From UHGV virus genome UHGV-1366171: 64,000 nucleotides of DNA; one strand, given 5' to 3'. Position 1 is the stretch's first letter, and every line of letters starts with the position of its first letter. Position numbers and translations under genes: made by a program. This document shows positions 18,394 through 27,620 of this stretch, piece by piece. This DNA is from a virus. The notes beneath the pieces were generated by a model. The model was not told the origin of the DNA, did no database searches, and saw only the letters and a program-made list of their open reading frames with translations.

Positions 18394-18544
18394 TCATGGA
18401 GTGCAAAAATCATAGGTGCAAATATCATAAATCACGATCAATGATAACATCATTTTACGCAGGAAAAATAAGTATGATTCAAGGCTGCAAGTACGGATAT
18501 TGCAAATTGAACGTAGATAAAGGAAGAAAGAAAAGGTGATGTGA

Positions 18545-18973
18545 ATGAGCAGAGAAATTTTATTTAAGGCAAAGCGTAAGAACTGGCGGGAGCTGTCGCA
18601 AGAGGAATGGTGGGTTGAGGGAAATTTTATCACAGATGAAAAAGACGATCAAAAAGCATATATTGGTTATCTATTTGGTGTAGTAGATGGTGTAGTGGAG
18701 GATTTTGATATAGTGGAAATCAACCCCGAAACCCTCTGCCAGTACACAGGACTGACCGACAAGAACGGTAAGCGGATTTGGGAGAATGATATTGTCGAGC
18801 ATGAAATCTCCTCTGTGCTTGGCGCAGTAGAATGGTATGCAGAAGATTACGTCGGCTGGTGGGTAAATGATGAATATCTTGGTAAACAGCAATTCACAGA
18901 TGAGATGTGGGATGAATGTGTGGTGATCGGGAACATTTTTGACAATCCAGAATTATTAGGAGGTGCAGAATGA
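18545..18973 (+). CDS. YopX-family phage protein
   Basis: ILFKAKRKNWREL...GNIFDNPELLGG is the YopX signature. Confidence 0.7.
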   Translation: MSREILFKAKRKNWRELSQEEWWVEGNFITDEKDDQKAYIGYLFGVVDGVVEDFDIVEINPETLCQYTGLTDKNGKRIWENDIVEHEISSVLGAVEWYAEDYVGWWVNDEYLGKQQFTDEMWDECVVIGNIFDNPELLGGAE

Positions 18974-19446
18974 GTGAATTTGTTGTAAATACAGATATGT
19001 TTGGTCAGTATGTGAAGATACCAACAGGATATAACAAGGAGTTGCACATATATAAAGTAGTGTCACATTTTCAAAGCAATGTATACTGTGATGTTCCTAT
19101 TGTAGCCTCATCCATCCCTGTTCCACATGAAAAACCATTTACAGGCTTGGATAGTTTGGAACATGTTTTAAATGTCATTCACTGTGGGATTGATGAATCG
19201 AAAGTTATCCGTGTGGCATTAAAGGATTGTGAGATTATGAAGAATAGAAATCAGACCAACGCCGACCGAATCAGGAATATGACGGATGAGGAATTGGCAA
19301 AGTTTTTATTGAACGCAGTTAAAAGTGAAGGAAATAGTTTGTTTGATTGTAAAGATTATCAATATACAAAAGAATGTCAAAGTTCAATCTGTAAAAACTG
19401 TAAATGCTATTTAAAATGGCTGAAAAGCCCGGCAGAAAGCGGGTGA
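18970..19446 (+). CDS. Hypothetical protein
   Basis: 158 aa ORF. Confidence 0.35.
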   Translation: MSEFVVNTDMFGQYVKIPTGYNKELHIYKVVSHFQSNVYCDVPIVASSIPVPHEKPFTGLDSLEHVLNVIHCGIDESKVIRVALKDCEIMKNRNQTNADRIRNMTDEELAKFLLNAVKSEGNSLFDCKDYQYTKECQSSICKNCKCYLKWLKSPAESG

Positions 19447-19450
19447 TAGA

Positions 19451-20029
19451 TTGAAAGAAGAATGGAAATGGATAAAAGGTTACGAAGGAAGATATGCCAT
19501 TTCCAACATGGGAAGGTTGAAAAGTTATCTAAAAAATAAAAATGGAATGGTTTTATCGCAGACTAATCAATTTGGGTGGTATTTTACAGTCGTTTTGAAA
19601 GATAAGTATGGAAAATCATCAACAAAAAGAATTCATGTTCTTGTTGCTGAACATTTTATTGGAGAAATTCCAAAAGGTTATCACGTTCATCATAAAGACG
19701 GAAACAGGCAAAACAATGTGGTTACAAATTTGGAAATTATACATCCAGCAAAACATTATAAAGAGACTCTAAAAACAAATCCTCAGATTGTATCAGGAAT
19801 GAATCATTATAATCAGTACGAAAGACCAAGAGAAATTTTGATGTTTGATAAAGATGGTAATTACTTAGCTTCATTTCCAAACTCAAAAATTGCAGAAGAA
19901 ATAACTGGTGTGTGCCATAGAAATATACTTCAGGTTGCAAGTAAAGATGAATACAAACCAGGAAAGATACGGAGCACAGCCGGAGGGTTTATCTGGAAAT
20001 TCAAAGATGAAAGCGAGGTGGTGCAGTAG
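19451..20029 (+). CDS. HNH homing endonuclease (NUMOD4 + HNH), TTG start
   Basis: IKGYEGRYAISNMGRLKS and HHKDGNRQNNVVTNLEI. Confidence 0.7.
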   Translation: MKEEWKWIKGYEGRYAISNMGRLKSYLKNKNGMVLSQTNQFGWYFTVVLKDKYGKSSTKRIHVLVAEHFIGEIPKGYHVHHKDGNRQNNVVTNLEIIHPAKHYKETLKTNPQIVSGMNHYNQYERPREILMFDKDGNYLASFPNSKIAEEITGVCHRNILQVASKDEYKPGKIRSTAGGFIWKFKDESEVVQ

Positions 20030-20034
20030 TGTTC

Positions 20035-20778
20035 ATGAAAGTTATATCAACGGGTTCTCAGTCAGGTAATTGCTATGCTTTAACATCTGATTCCGGCGAA
20101 ATTTTACTTTTGGATTTTGGATGTGAAGCAAATCGTATTTTGAGAGGAATCTCCTATAAAATTTCAAATGTTGTAGGTGCGGTGTTAAGTCATGAACATG
20201 GTTAAATACTGGGCGATCACTCAAAGTCTTATAAGTGGCTTTTCCAGAATGGAATACCGATTTACACTAACGATGAAGCAGAAGAACATTTTGAGATTGT
20301 CGCTGGCGAGAAGATGATAGGAAAACCTGAGAAAATACCATTCAAAGTAGGAAACTATATCATTATTCCGTTTTACTTGCCCCATGATGGAACACCTAAT
20401 TTTGGTTTCTTAATTGAGCATGAAGAAATGGGAAAGTTGATATACGCCACAGATTTTGAATACATACCTTTTAGATTCAAAGTGCAGCGAGTGCAACATT
20501 GGTTAATTGAGTGCAACCACATGGACGATATGGTGAATAGGGATTCGGCGAAATATTCTCATGTTATTAAAGGGCATAGCAGTTTGTCAACAGTTAAGAA
20601 AATCATTGAGGTAAACAAAACGCCGGACTTGCGAAACGTGATTCTATGCCATTTGTCCAGAGATAACGCAGACCCAGTGGAAATGCAGAAGCAGATACAG
20701 GAAGTTGCCGGGAAGTGGTGTAATATTGCGGTTGCAAAAGCCGGAATGGGACTGAAATTAAGTAAATATCCGTGGTAG
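20035..20778 (+). pseudogene. MBL-fold metallo-hydrolase interrupted by an in-frame TAA (20203-20205) inside the HxHxDH motif
   Basis: Frame 1 reads MKVISTGSQSGNCYALTSDSGEILLLDFG...AVLSHEHG-TAA-ILGDHSKS... and runs on to 20778. Deleting the 12 nt TAAATACTGGGC restores the canonical HEHGDH metal-binding motif. Confidence 0.55.
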
Positions 20779-20787
20779 GAACTATCT

Positions 20788-21120
20788 ATGTACGAACAGT
20801 TAAGTTTATTTGATTCAGAACAGAAAAAGGATAAGCCGAAAAAAGAAACATTGTTTGAACAGATACTGCCTGTGATTAAAAATCCACTTATTCCTTGTGC
20901 AAATTGTCTTTGCCGGTATTGCACCCATAATGTCGAGGAATTATACAATACGGTAAAACTGGAAGAAGTCGCAGATGAACCTTGTTTTATTTGTGATGAA
21001 TGTCGAGTGTATTCCGGAGAATCTAATCATAAGATTTGCCGGAAATTAGACTGTGAGAATTTTATCATGTCCGATCATGGCGCAAAAAGAAACAGAAAAA
21101 GGTTCAAATTGATTACTTAG
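20788..21120 (+). CDS. Cys-rich hypothetical protein
   Basis: CANCLCRYCTHN...CFICDECRVY...CRKLDCENF. Confidence 0.35.
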   Translation: MYEQLSLFDSEQKKDKPKKETLFEQILPVIKNPLIPCANCLCRYCTHNVEELYNTVKLEEVADEPCFICDECRVYSGESNHKICRKLDCENFIMSDHGAKRNRKRFKLIT

Positions 21121-21152
21121 TAAATATCCGTTTTAGGGAGGAACAAATAAAA

Positions 21153-21410
21153 ATGAAAGTCTGGATTACAAAATATGCTCTGACAGATGGGATTATTGAG
21201 GCTCTTGCATTTAAGTTGACATATAGGACATACATCATAATCCCTAAATACATCGGTACAAAATTAGGAATGTTTAGGCTAATGAATATACTTGATTACA
21301 GTGTATCTAAAAGTTCAGCTATTAAAGATGCTGAAGAAATGCGCCAGAAGAAAATCGCGAGTTTGAAACAGCAAATTAAGAAGTTGGAGGAAATGAGGTT
21401 TGATGTTTGA
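21153..21410 (+). CDS. Hypothetical protein; paralogue of 10871-11113
   Basis: MKVWITKYALTDGI ... EEMRQKKIASLKQQIKKLEEMRFDV. Confidence 0.4.
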   Translation: MKVWITKYALTDGIIEALAFKLTYRTYIIIPKYIGTKLGMFRLMNILDYSVSKSSAIKDAEEMRQKKIASLKQQIKKLEEMRFDV

Positions 21411-21789
21411 TTTTAATAATGCAGAAATGGCCAAAGAAAAATTGAAAGAACTTGTAAATAAAAATGTTCCTAAAATGTCTTTAGATAAACTTTTGAAAAT
21501 TGATAGATTTACTTATTTGAAATTTTACATAGACAAAGCCACAGAGTCAGAGATACGAGAAGCAAACACTTATTTCAATAAATATTGTGCGTATGGATAT
21601 AACAATGGAAAAGACATTTTCAGCAATGAAGAATGTACATTTTATTGGGGATTGAAGCATGGGGAAATGATTACAGATGATAATGGTCTTGCAAGAAGAT
21701 ATTACCATTATATCAAACTTGGAGGAAGGGAACACAAGATTGAATTACTATTACAGTATCACCCAGATTGTTATGAAATTGAGGAATAA
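21400..21789 (+). CDS. Hypothetical protein
   Basis: 129 aa ORF. Confidence 0.35.
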   Translation: MMFDFNNAEMAKEKLKELVNKNVPKMSLDKLLKIDRFTYLKFYIDKATESEIREANTYFNKYCAYGYNNGKDIFSNEECTFYWGLKHGEMITDDNGLARRYYHYIKLGGREHKIELLLQYHPDCYEIEE

Positions 21790-21792
21790 AGA

Positions 21793-21987
21793 ATGAAATA
21801 CCCAGCAATCGAAAAATATATGGCAGACCATAATTTGAGTCTGCGGGAATTTGCCAGACGGTGCGATATTCCAAGTTCTACCATGTGTCGGCTGCTGAAT
21901 GGATAAACAGAGCCAAGTAAAGGAACGATAGATAAGATTCTGGCGGTGACGGGATTGAGTTATGAGGTTTGTTTTAGGGAGGATTTT
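21793..21987 (+). pseudogene. XRE-family HTH protein with an in-frame TAA at 21904-21906, at the conserved Lys position of the recognition helix
   Basis: MKYPAIEKYMADHNLSLREFARRCDIPSSTMCRLLNG-TAA-TEPSKGTIDKILAVTGLSYEVCF; compare the consensus rLEnGKrnPsl. Confidence 0.5.
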
Positions 21988-21989
21988 TA

Positions 21990-22229
21990 ATGTCGTATAG
22001 AAAATCTGGATATACCGATTTGGAAAAATGGAGGAAAACGGTTTCTAGGTATAATAAAAAATATTATAACAAGACAGCGTTATATTTGCCAAGAAAGTGG
22101 ACAGAAAACGAAATTCAAATGCTGTTTGATGAAAATATCAGTGACCGCGAACTTTCAAAAAAGATACATAGATCAATGAAGTCTATTGTTATGAAAAGAT
22201 ATAGATTGAGTAAGGAGATAGAAAAATAA
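21990..22229 (+). CDS. Hypothetical protein
   Basis: 79 aa ORF, RBS GGGAGGATTTTTA. Confidence 0.3.
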   Translation: MSYRKSGYTDLEKWRKTVSRYNKKYYNKTALYLPRKWTENEIQMLFDENISDRELSKKIHRSMKSIVMKRYRLSKEIEK

Positions 22230-22388
22230 TAATGGACTATTTTAAGAGATGCCCGAAATGCGGGCGGTATATGACGCCGCATCTTCAATACAAATTTGGA
22301 TATTCATATACATTATGGGCTTGTGTATGTGGGTATTCAGAAGATGTTGGAGATACAAGAGCAGATAACAAAACAACTTATGTAGGAG

Positions 22389-22808
22389 GTGGAGCAAGTG
22401 ACAGAACATAAAAGACTGACAACGAAAGAAAAATATCCTCATGGAGCAGAGGGAGTGTCAAAAGATAAACTGACAGGAAAATATTGTCGTGGAGTATTTG
22501 AAGCTACAGCTTGCGTGGAAAAACTGGCAGAATACGAAAACGCCGATGAGGGAGGACTTCTGGTGCGATTACCGTGTAAGGTTGGAGATACTTTATTTTG
22601 TTTTAGCCGTGGAAAGGTGTACCCTTTTAAGGCTCGTTGCATACGGATTTATAAAAAAAGGATAGAAATAGAATTGTGGTATGCCGGAGATGAAGAAAAT
22701 TATAAATTTTGGCACATAACGATAGTTGAACAGGATATTGGATATAAGTTCTTCTTTACTAGAGAAGAAGCAGAGAAAGCATTGAAAGAAATGGAGAAAA
22801 AGGCATGA
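22389..22808 (+). CDS. Hypothetical protein
   Basis: 139 aa ORF. Confidence 0.35.
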   Translation: MEQVTEHKRLTTKEKYPHGAEGVSKDKLTGKYCRGVFEATACVEKLAEYENADEGGLLVRLPCKVGDTLFCFSRGKVYPFKARCIRIYKKRIEIELWYAGDEENYKFWHITIVEQDIGYKFFFTREEAEKALKEMEKKA

Positions 22809-23089
22809 ATGAATTTTGTATTGAATGGCTCAAGGGAGCTGATTATGCAGGCGTTACGGTTCAGTCGGGAACAGCGTTGAAAAGTAAACTGATGAGGTAT
22901 GCGGAAAGCAGACCAGATGAAGTAAAGGTAATAGCAGAGAATGAAGATGGTTCCGCGTATTTCCATATCCCGATTAGTTACATAAAGTTAAGCCCACCAC
23001 GGAAAGTATCAGAGGAACAACGGAAAGCTGCCGGAGAGCGTTTTAGAAGAATGTGGGAAGAAAAGAAGGGAGTAAATTACGATGAATAA
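22805..23089 (+). CDS. Hypothetical protein
   Basis: 94 aa ORF. Confidence 0.35.
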   Translation: MNEFCIEWLKGADYAGVTVQSGTALKSKLMRYAESRPDEVKVIAENEDGSAYFHIPISYIKLSPPRKVSEEQRKAAGERFRRMWEEKKGVNYDE

Positions 23090-23522
23090 AGTGATTTTGA
23101 TGGGAAGATTGGTTCGTGATCCAGAGGTTAGATATACTACAGGCGAAAAGCCAATGGCAGTTGCCAGATACACCCTTGCGGTGGATAGAAGGTTTAAGAA
23201 AAAAGGCGAACAAACGGCAGATTTTATTAATTGCGTATGTTTTGGAAAGACAGGGGAATTTGCACAGTTGTATTTACACCAGGGAATGAAAATGCTGATT
23301 GTTGGTTCATGGCAGACCGGTTCCTATACTAATAAAGAAGGGCAGAAGGTGTATACGCATGAGTGCATTGTGAATGAGCATTATTTCTGCGAAAGCAAAA
23401 GCGAAGGGAATTTCACTCCTTCACAGAATCCTGTACAACAATCTTATACACAAAATGCTATGGTTGATTCAGAGGGATTTATGCAAATTCCGACAGATAT
23501 GGAAGAGCTTCCATTTAATTAA
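23082..23522 (+). CDS. ssb: Single-stranded DNA-binding protein (canonical SSB, acidic tail ending ...EELPFN)
   Basis: MNKVILMGRLVRDPEVRYT...ADFINCVCFGKTGEFA...GSWQTGSYTNKEGQKVYTHECIV plus a C-terminal acidic-Pro-Phe tip. Confidence 0.85.
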   Translation: MNKVILMGRLVRDPEVRYTTGEKPMAVARYTLAVDRRFKKKGEQTADFINCVCFGKTGEFAQLYLHQGMKMLIVGSWQTGSYTNKEGQKVYTHECIVNEHYFCESKSEGNFTPSQNPVQQSYTQNAMVDSEGFMQIPTDMEELPFN

Positions 23523-23537
23523 AATGGAGGTGTTCTA

Positions 23538-23903
23538 TTGGAAATCTGGAAAGATGTTATTGGAGCGGAAGAATTTTATGAAATAAGTAGTTTAGGTAGA
23601 ATACGAAATAAAATAACAAAAAATATATTGAAACCATCTAAAAGCGGAAAATATAGACACATTCAATTAAAATACGGTATAAACAAAAATGTGCTAATAC
23701 ATAGATTGGTTGCCGAAGCATTTATACCAAATCCATTTAATTTCAGGTGTGTAAATCATATTGATGAAAACAAAGAAAATAACAGTGCTGATAATTTGGA
23801 ATGGTGTACATATCAATATAATTGCAAATATGGAAAAGGAGCTTTGAAAAGAAATTCAAAGATTATACAGTATGATATGTGTGAGAATGCAATTAAAATA
23901 TAG
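23538..23903 (+). CDS. HNH homing endonuclease (NUMOD4 + HNH), TTG start
   Basis: IGAEEFYEISSLGRIRN and VNHIDENKENNSADNLEW; RBS GGAGG. Confidence 0.7.
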   Translation: MEIWKDVIGAEEFYEISSLGRIRNKITKNILKPSKSGKYRHIQLKYGINKNVLIHRLVAEAFIPNPFNFRCVNHIDENKENNSADNLEWCTYQYNCKYGKGALKRNSKIIQYDMCENAIKI

Positions 23904-24054
23904 GAAAGTATAAAAGAAGCCTCGGAATCATTGGGATTATTATATCAAGGAATTTCTATGTGTTGTAGAAACAAGCGTAAAACATGTGGTGGTTATATGT
24001 GGTCGTTTGCTTCGTTAGAAGATGTAAGAAAATATTCTGAAAAGAGGTGGTTTG

Positions 24055-24363
24055 ATGGCAAAAGGAATTATTGTATTAGACGAAATTCCAAAGTCATGCG
24101 TAGATTGTCCTATGTATTATCACGCAGAAGATATGAGTCTCGGAAAATTCAAATATGAACGTCTGTATAAATGCAAAATTATGCCGGAAGAAGTTGAGCA
24201 AGTATATTTAGAGGATATATTACATAAAAAGCCTGTTTGGTGCAAGATACGTCCGATTCCAGATAAACTAGAATCAGACAGTAGGAACGCTTACGAAGAC
24301 TTTGATTACGTTAGCGGTTGGAACGCCTGTTTGGACGAAATAGAAAGGAATGGTGAAAAATGA
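24055..24363 (+). CDS. Hypothetical Cys-containing protein
   Basis: MAKGIIVLDEIPKSCVDCPMYY... Confidence 0.3.
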   Translation: MAKGIIVLDEIPKSCVDCPMYYHAEDMSLGKFKYERLYKCKIMPEEVEQVYLEDILHKKPVWCKIRPIPDKLESDSRNAYEDFDYVSGWNACLDEIERNGEK

Positions 24364-24515
24364 ATGAATGTTGCGGAACCTGCGAATACCATGTTCCCGG
24401 TGAAATTCCGGGTGAGAGTGACTGGATTTGCAATAATGCGGAGGCAGAGGAATATGCCCTGGAAACAGAGTATTCCTACTGCTGTGAAATGTATGAGGAA
24501 AGGAAGCGATAATTA

Positions 24516-25103
24516 TTGAGCCAAGCCAGAAAGAACATAGCAAGGGTGAAATCCATTCAGCGGCAGAATATTCAGCGATTAAAGAAATTAAATCCAGACA
24601 TTGACAGCAAGAGTGGCATATACTTTCTGACACGGAATGAACCGCAGATATACATAGGACAGGCGCGACACCTTGATGAGAGATTGGCAAGCCACTTGTC
24701 TGGATATGAACAGCACATAGATAGATCATTGAAAGCTCATGGTTTGTATTCAGAAGATAACCCATACGGATATAAAGTGAATTTCTTGCACTACCCGAAA
24801 AGCAAGCTGGATGAAATGGAACAGTATTACATTCAACTTTATGCGGAAAAAGGATGGGCATTGAAGAACAAGACCGCCGGTTCTCAGGGAGTTGGGAAAG
24901 TCAAGATTGCGGATTTCAAGCCAGCAAAAGGATATATGGATGGGTTAAAGCAGGGTCGAAAGAATTTGGCAAAAGAGCTGTCTCATATTATCGACAAACA
25001 CCTGACCGTTCAGCTCCGGGAGGACAAGCAGAACAATAAGGTGTCTCAAAAGGCATTGGAGAAGTTCAACAGATTGTTGGATGAAAGGAGTTATGAGGAA
25101 TGA
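24516..25103 (+). CDS. GIY-YIG-domain endonuclease (TTG start)
   Basis: SGIYFLTRNEPQIYIGQARHLDERLASH is the GIY-YIG motif. Confidence 0.6.
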   Translation: MSQARKNIARVKSIQRQNIQRLKKLNPDIDSKSGIYFLTRNEPQIYIGQARHLDERLASHLSGYEQHIDRSLKAHGLYSEDNPYGYKVNFLHYPKSKLDEMEQYYIQLYAEKGWALKNKTAGSQGVGKVKIADFKPAKGYMDGLKQGRKNLAKELSHIIDKHLTVQLREDKQNNKVSQKALEKFNRLLDERSYEE

Positions 25104-25297
25104 GTCAAGAGTTTTATACGCCTTTGACGCCAAAATTTAGGGGCGAAATCAATGATTCTATAAACAGTCAACTTGCAGAACTAAACACTTGTGAGCGAAA
25201 CACTTTTGTATCTATACAAGAAATATCATTAAATGTCACGAAAAATTTGATAAGAGCCTTGCCGGACGGTTATCCATTGCGGATGAAGAAGGATTAA
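25100..25297 (+). CDS. Hypothetical protein
   Basis: 65 aa ORF. Confidence 0.3.
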   Translation: MSQEFYTPLTPKFRGEINDSINSQLAELNTCERNTFVSIQEISLNVTKNLIRALPDGYPLRMKKD

Positions 25298-25324
25298 GAA
25301 AACGAAACGGAGGATTCAGTAAGT

Positions 25325-25648
25325 ATGAGAAATGATTTACAAATTTTTGAAAATGAGGAATTTGGCAAAGTTAGAACAATTATTATTGATGGAGAATCAT
25401 GGTTCGTTGGAAAGGATGTTGCTACTGCACTTGGTTATAAGGATACATCTGATGCATTAAAACGACATGTGCAGTACGATGATAAGCTGACAAGGTATTT
25501 CACCGACTCAGGTCAAAGCAGAGAGATGTATGTGGTAAATGAATCTGGATTATACGCTTTGATTTTTGGAAGCAATTTTGTGAAAATTCCTGAGTATCAA
25601 CAGTTAAAATTTTTTGAGGCAGCTAACAGAGAGTTGGCGATGAAATAA
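25325..25648 (+). CDS. Bro-N domain protein (phage antirepressor-like)
   Basis: LQIFENEEFGKVRTIIIDGESWFVGKDVATALGY is the BRO-N signature. Confidence 0.7.
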   Translation: MRNDLQIFENEEFGKVRTIIIDGESWFVGKDVATALGYKDTSDALKRHVQYDDKLTRYFTDSGQSREMYVVNESGLYALIFGSNFVKIPEYQQLKFFEAANRELAMK

Positions 25649-25817
25649 TTAACATTTCTACTAAAGATAAAACCCGGAAACGGGGCAATTCTAATTACAA
25701 AAGATAAAAGGCGATTCTGCCCGAAATTCCAATATTTAATCATGTTAGATCACTATGCAAAACAGTAATAAATGGATAATGATGGAACCTTTTTTAGTGA
25801 CTTTATAAGGAGAAAAA

Positions 25818-26054
25818 ATGATTTTCAAAATTTGGGAAGAACTAACAGAACCTGAAGTAAATAGTATAAAAAGAAAACTATGTACCAAATGTGCACATTT
25901 TTCAGGGATGGGAGAGAAAAATAACATGCTTTATAGATTTTGCAATTATAGCGAAAATACGGGGAAATGTAGGCTCTGTGACCCGAGAAAGTGCAAAGAG
26001 TTAGGATATTTTAAATCAAAAAAGAAGAAACGTTGCAAAAAAATTGAGGAATAA
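25818..26054 (+). CDS. Cys-rich hypothetical protein
   Basis: 78 aa; CTKCAHF...CRLCDPRKC. Confidence 0.3.
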   Translation: MIFKIWEELTEPEVNSIKRKLCTKCAHFSGMGEKNNMLYRFCNYSENTGKCRLCDPRKCKELGYFKSKKKKRCKKIEE

Positions 26055-26056
26055 AG

Positions 26057-26836
26057 ATGAGAGATAGCTTTATTTTTTATAAAACATTTTATGATTGCAT
26101 CAAAGAACTGCCGAAAAAAAGTGGATACTCTCTTTATAATGCTGTTTTCGAATATGTATTCAATGGACGCGAACCTGAATTGAAAGGGATAGAACTAGGA
26201 ATTTTCTCCATGATAAAGGTACAAATTGATGCAAATAATTTACGGTATTCAAATGGGAAAAAGGGTGGTAGGCCCAAAAAATCAAAAACCATCGGTTATG
26301 AAAATCAAAAACCATTGGTTTCAAAAAATAGATACAATATAGAAACCGATGGTTATAAAAATATGGAAGAGATAAATAACCAAACTAAAACCGAAGGTTA
26401 TTTTGAAACACAAGAAGTAATTGGAGAAATAAAACTCCAAAAAAAACCTAATGAAAATGTAAATGAAAATGTTAATGTAAATGAAAATGATAAAAAAACA
26501 TATATGTGTGGTTTTGAACGTGTATGGAATGCATACCCAAGAAAAAAAGAAAAGGCCAAGGCCTATAAGTGTTATATGGCACGTTTGGCGGATGGATTTT
26601 CGGAAGACGAATTGGAGACAGCAGTTAAAAGATATGCTGATGAGTGCAAAAAGAATCACACAGAGGAGCGTTATATCAAACTTGGTGCTACATTTTTAGG
26701 CCCTAACACTCCGTTTGTTGATTATCTAGGAGGAATGAAGGATGAACCTGAGAGAAAAATTGGAAAGCTTACATTCTCTGAGGAACTTAGACAAGCCGCA
26801 GAATCTTACAACGGAGATTTCGACGGATTTGAGTGA
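26057..26836 (+). CDS. Phage replisome organizer / replication initiator-like protein with internal iterons
   Basis: N-terminus FIFYKTFYDCIKELPKKSGYSLYNAVFEYVFNG resembles Phage_rep_org_N; lies directly upstream of the DnaC-like loader; the middle contains DNA iterons. Confidence 0.5.
   Translation: MRDSFIFYKTFYDCIKELPKKSGYSLYNAVFEYVFNGREPELKGIELGIFSMIKVQIDANNLRYSNGKKGGRPKKSKTIGYENQKPLVSKNRYNIETDGYKNMEEINNQTKTEGYFETQEVIGEIKLQKKPNENVNENVNVNENDKKTYMCGFERVWNAYPRKKEKAKAYKCYMARLADGFSEDELETAVKRYADECKKNHTEERYIKLGATFLGPNTPFVDYLGGMKDEPERKIGKLTFSEELRQAAESYNGDFDGFE
26286..26490. repeat. Putative phage origin of replication: four AAACC(A/G)N3GGTT(A/T) iterons plus a triple AATGAAAATGT repeat inside the organizer gene
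   Basis: AAAACCATCGGTTAT (26286), AAAACCATTGGTTTC (26308), GAAACCGATGGTTAT (26342), AAAACCGAAGGTTAT (26387); then AATGAAAATGTAAATGAAAATGTTAATGTAAATGAAAATGA (26450-26490). Confidence 0.55.
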
Positions 26837-27563
26837 GTGTCCTGTATGTGGCGGAATCGGTTGGATAATAAGCATTAATGAGTTTGGGCAAAAAGAAGCG
26901 GTGTCTTGTAAATGCCGAGAAAACATACTTTTGAAACAAAGAATATCATTCGCTGATATTCCGCCGGTTTATAAAGAAACTCGACTTAATAACTTTACAC
27001 TAAGTGCATATCAAAATCCGTCTGAAAAGAGGATTGCTACAGCAGCCTGTAAGAAAATAAAAACATATCTCGATTATTTTAGTGAATATAAAAAATCTGG
27101 ATTAGGCCTGTATCTGTATTCGGAGACAAAGGGAAGCGGAAAAACAAGAATGGCTGCTAGTCTTGCAAATAAGTTTTTGGATGATGGTTATGTGGTTAAA
27201 TTTGCTACAAGTTCTCGCATTCTGAATGCAATCAAAAAAACTTATGACAAAGACAGTAAACAAAAAGAAAATGAGCTTTTGGAAGATTTGGCGACGACAG
27301 ATATCTTGTTTATTGATGATTTTGGAAGTGAAAATCTCACAGGCTGGGTAAATGATAAATTTTATCACATTATTAACGAGCGATACATAAACAAAAAGTT
27401 GACTTTTTTCACAAGTAATGTAGCTGTTGAGCACCTTGATTATGATGATCGGATAAAAAGTCGAGTACAGGATATGACTTATCAGATACCATTTCCAGAG
27501 GAGAGCGTGCGACAGACGCAGGCAAGGGAGCGGAATAAAAAATTGCTTTCTGAAATTTTGTAA
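26742..27563 (+). CDS. DnaC/DnaI-like helicase loader (IstB-like AAA+ ATPase) with N-terminal zinc finger
   Basis: CPVCGGIGW...CKC; Walker A GSGKTRMAASLANK; Walker B DILFIDDFGSEN. A strong RBS lies before the 26742 ATG; an alternative TTG at 26829 overlaps the upstream stop. Confidence 0.8.
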   Translation: MNLREKLESLHSLRNLDKPQNLTTEISTDLSECPVCGGIGWIISINEFGQKEAVSCKCRENILLKQRISFADIPPVYKETRLNNFTLSAYQNPSEKRIATAACKKIKTYLDYFSEYKKSGLGLYLYSETKGSGKTRMAASLANKFLDDGYVVKFATSSRILNAIKKTYDKDSKQKENELLEDLATTDILFIDDFGSENLTGWVNDKFYHIINERYINKKLTFFTSNVAVEHLDYDDRIKSRVQDMTYQIPFPEESVRQTQARERNKKLLSEIL

Positions 27564-27620
27564 CTAGAATTAAAAATATATATCATACTAGGGATTGGAG
27601 AGTACCAGAAGGAGAAATAT

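Noticed and set aside
17775-18428. 217-aa minus-strand ORF
   Set aside because: It lies entirely antisense to well-supported + strand genes (HNH endonuclease and the following ORF). It is Ser/Phe-rich low-complexity as expected of antisense frames, with no RBS.
20203-21906. Global UAA reassignment (alternative genetic code) in this phage
   Set aside because: The large majority of confidently called genes terminate at TAA with normal downstream starts. No tRNA with a UUA anticodon was found in the array (the odd class II tRNA reads CAA/CAG, not UAA). Local pseudogenisation or site-specific readthrough is more parsimonious.
21400-21987. Single fused gene 21400-21987 by reading through the TAA at 21787
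   Set aside because: The HTH segment has its own RBS and ATG, and the two parts have unrelated composition. They are treated as separate genes.
24274-24861. 195-aa minus-strand ORF
   Set aside because: Antisense to the GIY-YIG gene and small + strand ORFs; composition typical of a shadow ORF.
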